From the NCBI GenBank assembly GCA_035515515.1, contig DATJBC010000108.1, forward strand, positions 1 through 63,732: a stretch of 63,732 nucleotides of DNA, written 5' to 3'. How positions within the stretch are numbered: the first letter of the stretch is position 1; every line of letters begins with the position of its first letter. Positions 49,891-58,714 of this stretch are shown piece after piece. The notes below the pieces were generated by a model, which had not been told where the DNA came from, did no database searches, and saw only the letters and a program-made list of their open reading frames with translations. Source of the stretch: Acidimicrobiales bacterium. GTDB lineage: Bacteria; Actinomycetota; Acidimicrobiia; Acidimicrobiales; UBA8190. A program made the position numbers and the translations under genes.

Positions 49891-50822
49891 CCCTCGGAGC
49901 CGGCGGCGCCGGCCATCGTCGAGGGGCGGAACTCCACCTCGTCCTGGGTCAGTTCCATGAACGCGTCCTCCAGCGACCCGGCGATCGGTGTCAGCTCGTG
50001 GACGCGGAGGCCGTCCCGGGCGGCCATGTCGCCGATCTGCGGGGCGGTCATCCCCTTGACGGTCAACGACCCTCCCTCGCCTGTGCCGACGTCGGCCCCC
50101 GCCGCGGCGAGCGCGTCGGCGAACGCCGACGGATCCGGGGTCACGAGCCGCACGGTTCCCTCGTCGTTTCGGCGAACGAAGTCGGAGACCGAGGTCTCGG
50201 CGATCAGCCTGCCCCGACCGATCACCACCAGCCGGTCTGCGGTCAGGGACATCTCGCTGATGAGGTGACTCGACACGAACACCGTCCGACCCTCGGCGGC
50301 CAGGCCGCGGAGGAAATTGCGGACCCAGCGGATGCCCTCGGGGTCAAGGCCGTTGACCGGCTCGTCGAACAGCAGGACCCCGGGGTCGCCCAGGATGGTG
50401 GCGGCGATGCCCAGCCGCTGGCTCATGCCCAGCGAGAACTTCCCGGCCCTGCGGCCGGCGACCGCCCTGAGCCCCACCTGGTCCAGGACCTCGTCGACCC
50501 TGCGCAGCGGGATGTCGTTGGAACGGGCCAGCCAGCGCAGGTGGTTCCGGGCGGTGCGCGCCGGGTGGAACGCCTTTGCGTCCAGCAGCCCGCCCACCTC
50601 CCGCAGGGGCCACGCCAGATCACAAAAGGGCCTGCCGGCGATCAGGGCCGAGCCCGCGTCGGGGACGTCGAGCCCCATGATCATGCGCATCGTCGTCGAC
50701 TTCCCCGAGCCGTTCGGTCCCAGGAATCCCGTGACGACGCCGGGGGGGACCTCGAAGGTCAGGTTCTCGACGGCCGTCGTGGCGCCGTAGCGTTTCGTCA
50801 GAGCGTGTGCGGTGATCATCAC
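49887..50822 (-). CDS. ABC transporter ATP-binding protein
   Basis: Contains GPNGSGKST (Walker A), LSLGMSQRL (signature), LLFDEP (Walker B) and SSH. Confidence 0.93.
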   Translation of the reverse strand: MMITAHALTKRYGATTAVENLTFEVPPGVVTGFLGPNGSGKSTTMRMIMGLDVPDAGSALIAGRPFCDLAWPLREVGGLLDAKAFHPARTARNHLRWLARSNDIPLRRVDEVLDQVGLRAVAGRRAGKFSLGMSQRLGIAATILGDPGVLLFDEPVNGLDPEGIRWVRNFLRGLAAEGRTVFVSSHLISEMSLTADRLVVIGRGRLIAETSVSDFVRRNDEGTVRLVTPDPSAFADALAAAGADVGTGEGGSLTVKGMTAPQIGDMAARDGLRVHELTPIAGSLEDAFMELTQDEVEFRPSTMAGAAGSEG

Positions 50823-50944
50823 CGGACACGCTACGGAACGGGGCGCGCACGGGGAATACCGCTAGGGGGCGTCTTGGGGGTCCCGGTAGCCCCACCCCCG
50901 CGGTGGGGCTGCCCCCACCGGTCGGGGCGTGGCTCCCGGCGCCG

Positions 50945-52138
50945 TCACGACTCCCACAGCTGGTGGCCCAGGCGCAGGAGCCCCGAGAGGTCGTAGACGT
51001 CGGTCTCGAAGTAGGGCACGCTCACCAGGGCCTCGGGGACGGTAGCCAGCGTCGACTGCTGCTCCTCCTCGCGCTGGGCCACCACCCGGTAGTCGAGGTA
51101 GCTCTGGCCCACCTCGGCGAGCACCCGGGTGACCTGGCGCACGTCGGCCGCCTCCAGGACCCCCATGAGCGCGCCGGCCAGCTCCTCGGCGTCGTCGCGC
51201 AGGCGCTCGGCCACGGCCGTGCCGCGCGGGTCGCGCAGGTACGAGGGCAGCACCTTGTTCAGGATGATGGCGCCCAGGTGCAGGCGGCGGTCGGTGAGCG
51301 CCTGGGCGAAGAACTCCGCCTCGCGCAGCGGCACCGCCTCGAGCGTGGACACCACCACGAACGAGGTCCGCTGATCGGCCATGAGGCGGTGCACGGCGCG
51401 CGCCCGGTCGACGAAGCCGGCGTACATCGACTGGAAGAGGATGAAGAACTGGGCGATGTCCTCGAGGAACTGCGTGCCCAGGATGCGGTCGGCGATCTGG
51501 TAGAAGGGCTTGGACGCCATGTTCACCAGCCGTGACCGGTAGGGGACGATGAGCCAGCGCAGCAGGCGGCTCGAGAAGAAGTCGGCCATGCGCTCCGGCG
51601 CGTCGAGGAAGTCCAGGGCGTTGCGGGTGGGCGGCGTGTCCACCACGATGAGGTCGTACTTGCCGTCGGCGTGGATCTCGAAGAGGCGCTCCATGGCGAT
51701 GTAGTCGTGGCTCTGGACGAAGCGCCCCGAGATGTTGCGGTAGAGGGGGTTGGCGAGGATCTCGTCACGGGTGCGGGCGTCGGGCGCGTGCAGGCGGACG
51801 AGGGCGTCCCACGACTCCTTGGTGTCGAGCATGGCCGCCCACAGCTCGCCCCGAGGCCGCACCCCGGCCTCGGCGAAGGCCTCGTCGGGCACCCGGCGCT
51901 CGGTGTTGCCGATGCCCTCGAGCCCCAGCGCGTTGGCCAGGCGGCGGGCGGGGTCCACGGTGAGGACGAGCACCTTGCCCCCCAGCCGGGCGGCCGCCAT
52001 GGTGGCGGCGGCCGCCGCCGTGGTCGTCTTGCCCACCCCCCCGGGCCCGCAGGCCACCACGATCTCGCGGGAGGCGAGCAGCCCGTCGATCGAGGTCTTG
52101 TGGTCGCCGCGGCGCTGGCCCCTCCCCCGGGGCGTCAC
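50945..52138 (-). CDS. ArsA/Get3-like P-loop ATPase (second of a pair)
   Basis: GTG 52138 overlaps the upstream stop (GTGA). Contains GPGGVGKTT, TVDPA and DLIVVDTPPT. Confidence 0.85.
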   Translation of the reverse strand: MTPRGRGQRRGDHKTSIDGLLASREIVVACGPGGVGKTTTAAAAATMAAARLGGKVLVLTVDPARRLANALGLEGIGNTERRVPDEAFAEAGVRPRGELWAAMLDTKESWDALVRLHAPDARTRDEILANPLYRNISGRFVQSHDYIAMERLFEIHADGKYDLIVVDTPPTRNALDFLDAPERMADFFSSRLLRWLIVPYRSRLVNMASKPFYQIADRILGTQFLEDIAQFFILFQSMYAGFVDRARAVHRLMADQRTSFVVVSTLEAVPLREAEFFAQALTDRRLHLGAIILNKVLPSYLRDPRGTAVAERLRDDAEELAGALMGVLEAADVRQVTRVLAEVGQSYLDYRVVAQREEEQQSTLATVPEALVSVPYFETDVYDLSGLLRLGHQLWES

Positions 52139-53103
52139 GAGCCCAGCTCCTCGCCGAGGGACACGGCCACCTGGCGGATGGTGCGCACGCCGTGGAGCCG
52201 GGTGAACAGATACGGGAGGTACAGCATGGGCACGGCGGGGTCGATGCCCGCCCGCAGGCGCTCGAGGTGCGCGGCGCGCGTCCGGCGCAGGGTCACCGCC
52301 AGGCGGGCGGCGTCGAGCACCGGGGTGGGGTCCTCGTTGACGAGCGCCTTGAGCTCGTCGGCGGCGGCCGGCTTGGAGAGCTCGCCGAAGACCTCCTCCT
52401 CGCTCCGGCCGAACAGCTCGGGCAGGACGCGGTTGACCACCACCGCGGCCAGGTCCACCGACGTCTCCTCCTTCACCCGCCCGGCCAGCTCGATGGTCTC
52501 GTTGACGGGCATCTCCTCGGGCGTGGTCACGATGAGGAGCCCCGTGGTGCCGGGGTCGGAGAGGATCTCGAGGATCCAGTCCGTCTGGGAGCGGATGAGC
52601 CCCACCTTGACGAGGTCGTTGATGGCCTGCGGGGCGGCCAGCTGGCCCACGATGTGCCCCGTGGCCGAGGCGTCCACCACCACCAGGTCGTAGTGGCGCT
52701 CACGCACCTCGTAGCAGAACTTCCCCACCGTCAGGATCTCGCGCACGCCGGGCGCGGCGGTGGCCACGAAGTCGAAGGCGCGCGCCAGGGGCCCGATCCG
52801 CCCCACCACCGGGATGCGCAGGTTCAGGCGCAGGTACTCGCGCAGTGACGCCTCGGTGTCCATGGCCATGAGCGACAACCCCGGGAGCACCTCGCGCGCG
52901 CTGAAGCCGGACGGCCCGGTCTCGAAGTAGGCGGCCGCGTCGCCCTTGGCGTCGACCTCGCACAGAAGCGTGCGCCGGCCGCGCTCGGCGGCGTGCAGGG
53001 CCAGCGCCGAGGCGACGGTGGTCTTGCCCACGCCCCCCTTGCCGGTGACGACGAGCAGGCGGCGCTCGAGCAGACCCGCGGGGCGCACCGGGACGGCGCT
53101 CAC
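52135..53103 (-). CDS. ArsA/Get3-like P-loop ATPase (first of a pair)
   Basis: Contains TGKGGVGKTT and DLVVVDASATGH. Confidence 0.85.
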   Translation of the reverse strand: MSAVPVRPAGLLERRLLVVTGKGGVGKTTVASALALHAAERGRRTLLCEVDAKGDAAAYFETGPSGFSAREVLPGLSLMAMDTEASLREYLRLNLRIPVVGRIGPLARAFDFVATAAPGVREILTVGKFCYEVRERHYDLVVVDASATGHIVGQLAAPQAINDLVKVGLIRSQTDWILEILSDPGTTGLLIVTTPEEMPVNETIELAGRVKEETSVDLAAVVVNRVLPELFGRSEEEVFGELSKPAAADELKALVNEDPTPVLDAARLAVTLRRTRAAHLERLRAGIDPAVPMLYLPYLFTRLHGVRTIRQVAVSLGEELGS

Positions 53104-53125
53104 CGGGGGGCCGGGCGCCGGGGCC

Positions 53126-53362
53126 TCAGGGGGCGCCGAACCCCACCCGGCGCTCGTGGGTGGGCGCCCCCACCTCGACGTAGGCCACCTTGGCCACCGG
53201 CACCGCCACGCGGCGGCCCCTGCGGTCGGTCAGCCACAGCACACCCTCTTCCCGGCTCAGCGAGGACTCAATCTCGGCGATGACCGCGTCGCGGTCCGCC
53301 TCGTCACCCAGCTCGACCTCGAGCTCCTTGACGCTCTGCACGATCCCGATGCGCACGTCCAC
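53126..53362 (-). CDS. DUF3107 domain-containing protein
   Basis: (M)DVRIGIVQSVKELEVEL...GVLWLTDRRGRRVAVPVAKVAYVEVG...RVGF, 78 aa, directly upstream of the ArsA-like pair. Confidence 0.8.
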   Translation of the reverse strand: MDVRIGIVQSVKELEVELGDEADRDAVIAEIESSLSREEGVLWLTDRRGRRVAVPVAKVAYVEVGAPTHERRVGFGAP

Positions 53363-53530
53363 CTGTGCCTCGCTCCTCCTCTGCGCCGGCCCCGGCCGGG
53401 CGGGTCGACCCTACAGGGCGCCGGCCGCGCCGGCGGCCCGGGCCCAGGTGGGCGCCCCTCCCCGGGGAGCCGGCGGGGCCGGCGCGCCCCGGGGCGCGCC
53501 GCCCCTACAGCCGTTTGCCACACTGGGCCC

Positions 53531-54688
53531 ATGGACGCCCCGCCCTTCGTGCACGGCGAGCGGGGTCGGCGGTGGGCCGCCACCATGGAGGGCCACGACA
53601 CCCACGGGGTGCGCACCGCCCACCCCGACACGCGGGCCGCGGCCGGCCCCGGCGGCGGGCCCGGGGTCTTCGGGCGCGCCGAGCGCGAGGAGCTCGAGGA
53701 GGCGGTGCTCGCCCCCGGCGCCACCCGGGCGCACGGCGCGGGCCGGCGCGCCCGGGCCGAGGACGCCGACCCCTGGCGGACGTGCTTCGAGCGCGACCGC
53801 GACCGGATCCTGCACTCGAGCGCCTTCCGCCGCCTGGCCGGCAAGACCCAGGTGTTCGTGTTCCCCGCCGACCACCAGCGCACGCGCCTCACCCACGCCC
53901 TGGAGGTGGCGCAGGTGGCCACGGCCGTGGCACGTGCCTGCCGCCTGAACGTGGCGCTCACCGAGGCCATCGCCCTGGGGCACGACTGCGGGCACGGGCC
54001 GGGGGGGCACATGAGCGAGGACGCCCTCGGGGTGTTCCTGCCCTCGGGCTTCGACCACGCCGTGTGGGGCGCGGAGGTGTCGCTGGCGGGACTCAACCTG
54101 TGCGAGGAGACGCTCGACGGCATCCGCAACCACTCGTGGTCCCGGCCCGCCCCGGCCACGCCCGAGGGTGAGGTGGTGAGCTGGGCCGACCGCATCGCCT
54201 ACGTGTGCCACGACTGGGAGGACGCCGTCTCGGCGGGGATCGTCACGCCGGCGCTGCTCCCCGAGGTGGTGCGCTCGGCCTGCGGCGACACCCGCTCGCG
54301 TCAGCTGCGCACCTTCATCGACGCCATGGTGCGCACGGTCTCGGCCACCGGCGTGGTCGGCATGCACGACGAGCTGGCCGACGCGCTGGCCGCCTTCCGG
54401 CGCTGCAACTACGACCACGTCTACCTGCGACCGGCGTCGGTGGCCCAGGGCGCCTCGGTGGTGAGCGTGCTGCGCGCCCTGGTGGCGCACTTCGCCGACC
54501 AGCCCAACCGCATCCCCGAGGCCCGGCGGGGCGACGACCTGGCCGGTGGCAGCGAGCGCGCCGTGTTCGAGGCCGTCGCCTACGTGGCGGGGATGACCGA
54601 CCGCTTCGCCATGGGGGTGGCCGTGTCCGAGCTGGGCTGGGACCCCGACAGCCTCCCCCAGGGCGTGGGGCGCTTCAGCGCACGTTGA
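53531..54688 (+). CDS. dGTP triphosphohydrolase-like HD-domain protein
   Basis: Contains FERDRDRILHSSAFRRLAGKTQVF, RLTHALEVAQV, LGHDCGHGPGGH and ADRIAY. The start is ATG 53531 or 53585. Confidence 0.85.
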   Translation: MDAPPFVHGERGRRWAATMEGHDTHGVRTAHPDTRAAAGPGGGPGVFGRAEREELEEAVLAPGATRAHGAGRRARAEDADPWRTCFERDRDRILHSSAFRRLAGKTQVFVFPADHQRTRLTHALEVAQVATAVARACRLNVALTEAIALGHDCGHGPGGHMSEDALGVFLPSGFDHAVWGAEVSLAGLNLCEETLDGIRNHSWSRPAPATPEGEVVSWADRIAYVCHDWEDAVSAGIVTPALLPEVVRSACGDTRSRQLRTFIDAMVRTVSATGVVGMHDELADALAAFRRCNYDHVYLRPASVAQGASVVSVLRALVAHFADQPNRIPEARRGDDLAGGSERAVFEAVAYVAGMTDRFAMGVAVSELGWDPDSLPQGVGRFSAR

Positions 54689-55862
54689 GCTCGCGCCGGT
54701 AGATGCGGGCCGGCCCCAGCCCCTCGATGCGCCCGGCGAGCTCGTCGAAGGCCTGCGCCGCCTCGCCGCCGGGTTCGGCGACGTGCACCGGCACCCCGTC
54801 GTCGGCGCCCTCGCGCACGGCGGGGACGAGCGGGATGCGCCCCAGCAGCGGCACGTCGAGGTCGGCGGCCAGCGCCTCGCCCCCGCCCCGGCCGAAGAGC
54901 TCGTAGCGGGTGCCGTCGTCCCCGGTGAACCACGACAGGTTCTCGATGACGCCCCGCACCGACAGCTTGAGCTTGCGGGCCGCGTAGGCCGATCGTTGAG
55001 CCACGCGCTGGGCGGCGGGCTGGGGCGTGGTGACCACGACGACCTCGGTGCGGGGCAGGTACTGGCCCAGCGACAACGCCACGTCCCCGGTGCCCGGCGG
55101 CATGTCTACGAGGAGGAAGTCGGGCTCGCCCCAGTAGGCGTCCACCAGGAACTGCTCGAGCGCCTTGTGCAGCATGGGGCCGCGCCAGATGACGGGCTCC
55201 TCGTCGGGGACGAAGAAGCCCATCGACAGGCAGCGCACCCCGTGGGCGATGGGCGGCACGAGGAGGTCGTCGATGGCCACCGGCCCGCGGGTGACGCCCA
55301 GCATCTTGGGTGCCGAGAACCCGTAGACGTCGGCGTCGAGCAGGCCGACGTCGTGTCCCCGCGCCGCCAGCGCCACCGCCAGGTTGACGGCGACCGACGA
55401 CTTGCCCACGCCCCCCTTGCCCGACGACACGCCCACCACGCGCGTGCGCGACCCGGGGGCGAGGAACCGGTTGGGCCGGCCCGCCTCGTGCCCCAGCGGT
55501 CCGGGGGCGGCCCCCGGGGGACGGTGCGCGTGGCCGGCGGCGCCGGGGACGGGGGCCACGGGCTCGCCGCCGGGGCCGAGGGCCAGGCGCCGGTGCAGCT
55601 CGGCGCGCTCGTCGTCGGTCATGACGGCCGTCTCCACCACCACCGGGCCCGCCCCCCCGAGGTCCTCCACCGCCCGGCGCACCCGCTCGGCCACGTCGGC
55701 GGCCGCCGGCCAGCGGGCCACGGGCATGGCCAGGGTGACCGTCGTCCCCCGCCGCCCGCACGCCACGGCGCGCACCATGGCGAGCTCGCCCAGGCCGCGG
55801 CGCAGGTCGGGGTCATAGACGGCCGCGGCGGCGGCCCGCACTTGTGCATCGCTCGGGGCCAC
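54675..55862 (-). CDS. Mrp/NBP35/ApbC-family Fe-S cluster carrier ATPase
   Basis: Has an N-terminal DUF59-like domain and contains SGKGGVGKSS and DFLLVDMPPGTGD. Confidence 0.9.
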   Translation of the reverse strand: MAPSDAQVRAAAAAVYDPDLRRGLGELAMVRAVACGRRGTTVTLAMPVARWPAAADVAERVRRAVEDLGGAGPVVVETAVMTDDERAELHRRLALGPGGEPVAPVPGAAGHAHRPPGAAPGPLGHEAGRPNRFLAPGSRTRVVGVSSGKGGVGKSSVAVNLAVALAARGHDVGLLDADVYGFSAPKMLGVTRGPVAIDDLLVPPIAHGVRCLSMGFFVPDEEPVIWRGPMLHKALEQFLVDAYWGEPDFLLVDMPPGTGDVALSLGQYLPRTEVVVVTTPQPAAQRVAQRSAYAARKLKLSVRGVIENLSWFTGDDGTRYELFGRGGGEALAADLDVPLLGRIPLVPAVREGADDGVPVHVAEPGGEAAQAFDELAGRIEGLGPARIYRRELNVR

Positions 55863-55933
55863 GAGGCGCCTCTCCGGGGGAGTCCAGGGGCGCGACCAGG
55901 GATTTCGCCGCGTCCGCCAGGTAGACTAGTGCC

Positions 55934-56680
55934 GTGCACTCTGCGCCCGACCGGGCCGGCGGCGGGCCCGCCGACCGCCGGTTCTCCGCCGCCGTGGCCG
56001 CCGTGACCTCCGCCTTCGGCGACCCCACCCGCCGGGAGATCTACCTCCACGTGCGCTCGCACCCCGGCGTGAGCGCCTCGGAGGTGGCGACCGCCTTCTC
56101 GCTGCACCCCAACGTGGCCCGCCACCACCTCGACCGCCTGGCGGCCGGCGGGTACCTGGAGGTGGGCCTCGAGCGCCCGCCCTCGGCCGGGGCGGGCCGG
56201 CCCTCCAAGCGCTACCGGGCGGCGGCCGGCCCCGACGGCGACCCCACCCTGGACCTCGTCACCCAACGCGACGACCTGCTGGTGACGCTGTTGGCCGAGG
56301 CCCTCGAGCTGCTGGGCCCGGAGCAGGCCGAGCGCATGGCCGAGCGCATCGGCGAGGACTACGGCCGCGTCCTGGCCGAGCGCATGGAGCCCGGCGAGGG
56401 CCAGCGCTCGGTGCGGGCCGCCATGCACGCCATCGCCGACGCCCTCACCGCCCACGGGTTCGCGGCCCACGCCGAGGACCGCGGCGAGGCCACCGCGGTG
56501 GTGGCCGAGCACTGCCCCTTCGGCGAGGCGGCCACCCAGCACCCCGTGATCTGCGCGGTGGACCGGGGGATGGTGCGGGGGCTCCTGGCGGGACTGTGCG
56601 GCGAGGGCGCCGAGGAGCCGATCCCCGTCGTGCTGTCGTCACGCGCCCGCGGCGACGACGCCTGCGCGGCGCTGGTCTGA
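55934..56680 (+). CDS. ArsR-type winged-helix regulator with a C-terminal Cys cluster (SufR-like)
   Basis: Contains FGDPTRREIYLHV...SASEVATAFSLHPNVARHHLDRLAAGGYL. The Cys spacing is C-x12-C-x14-C-x21-C near the C-terminus. A cysteine desulfurase lies directly downstream. Confidence 0.75.
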   Translation: MHSAPDRAGGGPADRRFSAAVAAVTSAFGDPTRREIYLHVRSHPGVSASEVATAFSLHPNVARHHLDRLAAGGYLEVGLERPPSAGAGRPSKRYRAAAGPDGDPTLDLVTQRDDLLVTLLAEALELLGPEQAERMAERIGEDYGRVLAERMEPGEGQRSVRAAMHAIADALTAHGFAAHAEDRGEATAVVAEHCPFGEAATQHPVICAVDRGMVRGLLAGLCGEGAEEPIPVVLSSRARGDDACAALV

Positions 56681-56683
56681 GCG

Positions 56684-57835
56684 CTGGCGCGCCACTACCT
56701 CGACCACGCGTCCACCTCGCCCCCGCGCCCCGAGGTGGCGGCGGCCATCGCCGACTGGCTGCGCGCCGCGCCCGAGCACACCGGCGACCCCGGCCGCGTC
56801 CACGCCGACGGGCGCACCGTGCGCGCCGTCATCGAGGCGGCGCGCGACGAGGTCGCCGCGCTGTTCGGGGTGCGGCCCCGGCAGGTCATCTTCACCTCGG
56901 GCGGCACCGAGGCCGTGAACGCCGCCACCTGGAGCGCCACCCGGGCCCGGCCCGGCGCGCCGGTGGTGTGCGCCGAGGTCGAGCACTCGGCGGCCCGCGA
57001 CGCCTCGGCGCGTGCCGGGGCGGTGGCCGTGGCGCCCTGCGACCGGCTCGGGCGCGTGCACGCCGAGGCCGTGGCCGACGTCCTGGGCGCCCTGGAGGAC
57101 CGGGGCACACCGGCCGCCCTGGTGCACTGCCAGCTGGCCAACCACGAGGTCGGCACGGTGCAGCCCGTGGGCGAGGTGGTCGAGGTGGCCCGTCGCTTCG
57201 GCGCGGCGGTGCACGTGGACGCCTGCGCGGCGGCCGGCCAGGTGCCGCTGGCGGTGGACGAGCTGGGCGCCGACTACGTGTCGGTGAGCGCCCACAAGCT
57301 GGGCGGCCCGCCCGGCGCGGGCGCCCTGATCGTGCGGCGCAACCTGCGCGTCGAGCCCTTCGTCGTGGGCGGCGAGCAGGAGCGGGCGCGGCGCGGCGGG
57401 ATGGAGAACGTGCCGGGCATCGTCGGCTTCGGGGCGGCGGCGGGCGCCCTGGCCGGTCCGGGGCGCCTCGAGGGGGAGGCCGCCGCCGCCCGGCGCCGGC
57501 GCGACGCGCTGGCGGCGGCCGCCAGCGCGGTGGCCGGCGTGGAGGTCCTGGGCGACCCCGACGGGCGCCTGCCCCACATCGCCTGCCTGGGCGTGGGCGG
57601 CGTGGAGGCCGAGCCCGTGCTGCTGGGCCTGGACCAGGCGGGCATCAGCGCCCACTCGGGCTCGGCGTGCTCGTCGGAGTCGCTGGCGCCCTCGCCGGTG
57701 CTGGCCGCCATGGGCGCCGACGCCGAGCGCTCGCTGCGGCTGTCGGTGGGCTGGTCGAGCACCGACGCCGACGTGGAGGCCTTCGCGGCCGCCTTCCCCG
57801 GGGTGGTGTCCGCCCTGCGCGCCCTGCGCGGGTAG
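56684..57835 (+). CDS. Cysteine desulfurase (NifS/IscS class)
   Basis: The track ORF starts at GTG 56735, but the conserved N-terminal HYLDHASTSP is encoded at 56693-56722. The only candidate start upstream of it is CTG 56684. Contains SAHKLGGP (PLP Lys) and HSGSACSS (catalytic Cys). Confidence 0.85.
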   Translation: MARHYLDHASTSPPRPEVAAAIADWLRAAPEHTGDPGRVHADGRTVRAVIEAARDEVAALFGVRPRQVIFTSGGTEAVNAATWSATRARPGAPVVCAEVEHSAARDASARAGAVAVAPCDRLGRVHAEAVADVLGALEDRGTPAALVHCQLANHEVGTVQPVGEVVEVARRFGAAVHVDACAAAGQVPLAVDELGADYVSVSAHKLGGPPGAGALIVRRNLRVEPFVVGGEQERARRGGMENVPGIVGFGAAAGALAGPGRLEGEAAAARRRRDALAAAASAVAGVEVLGDPDGRLPHIACLGVGGVEAEPVLLGLDQAGISAHSGSACSSESLAPSPVLAAMGADAERSLRLSVGWSSTDADVEAFAAAFPGVVSALRALRG

Positions 57836-57896
57836 CGGGCGCGGAGACGGTCGCGGGCCCTCGCCCGCGGCGAGCGTCCGTGGTATCGATGGGGGC

Positions 57897-58085
57897 GTGG
57901 CCGACAAGGGGAAGCGGGGCCGGGGCCCCGGCGCCGGCGGCGTCTGGTTCCTCGGCTTCCTCGGGGCGCTCGTCTACTACCTCCACACCCACTCGGGAAC
58001 CGTCTGGCTGGTGCTCGTGGCCATCATGAAGGCCGTCGTGTGGCCCGCCTTCCTCGTGTACCACCTGCTGGCCCTGAAGCCGTAG
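57897..58085 (+). CDS. Small two-TM membrane protein
   Basis: GTG 57897 gives a basic N-terminus, then GVWFLGFLGALVYYL and WLVLVAIMKAVVWPAFLVYHLL, with high GC3. Confidence 0.5.
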   Translation: MADKGKRGRGPGAGGVWFLGFLGALVYYLHTHSGTVWLVLVAIMKAVVWPAFLVYHLLALKP

Positions 58086-58116
58086 CGACCGGCCCGCAGC
58101 GCGCCGAGCGCCGTCG

Positions 58117-58640
58117 ATGGCAGACCGTGAGCCGACGGAGGCCCGGAACCTCGACCGCTACGGGCATGCGCCGCTTCCCTGGGAGCGGGCGCGCGCCGTG
58201 TTGGAGTCCGGCCCGAAAGGGCCCCTGGCGGGCTTCTTCCTCGGCACCGTGGGGCCGGGCGGGCGTCCCAGTGTCGCCGGGGTCGGCGCCCTGTGGCACG
58301 ACGGCGACCTCTACTTCACGAGCGGCGCCCACACCCGCAAGGCGCGCAACCTCGGCGCAACCCGGCCTGCACGCTGGCCGTGACGCTCCCCGGCATCGAC
58401 CTCACGCTCGAGGGTGAGGCCGAACGGGTCACCGACCCCGGCACCCTCCGGGACGTGGCGGCCGCCTACCGGGCGCTCGGATGGCCGGCGGTCGTCGACG
58501 GCGAGGCGTTCACGGCACCGTGCAGCGCGCCCAGCGCGGGGCCGCCGCCGTGGCGTCTGTACCGGTTGGGCCTCCGCACCGCCGTGGGCTCGAGCACCGA
58601 GGAGTCCCACGGCGCCACCCTGTGGCGCTTCGGCCCGTGA
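58117..58640 (+). pseudogene. Pyridoxamine 5'-phosphate oxidase-family (F420/FMN-binding split barrel) gene interrupted by a frameshift
   Basis: Track ORFs 58117..58383 and 58293..58640 join into one family-typical protein, ...DGDLYFTSGAHTRKARNLGA|NPACTLAVTLPGIDLTLEGEAERV..., if the frame shifts by one nt at about 58357-58358. Confidence 0.7.
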
Positions 58641-58714
58641 TGGTGCAGCGCCCCGCCCCGGCGCCGCGGCGGGGTCGCGCGGCCGGCGCCGGACACTCCC
58701 TGGGCGCGGCGGCC

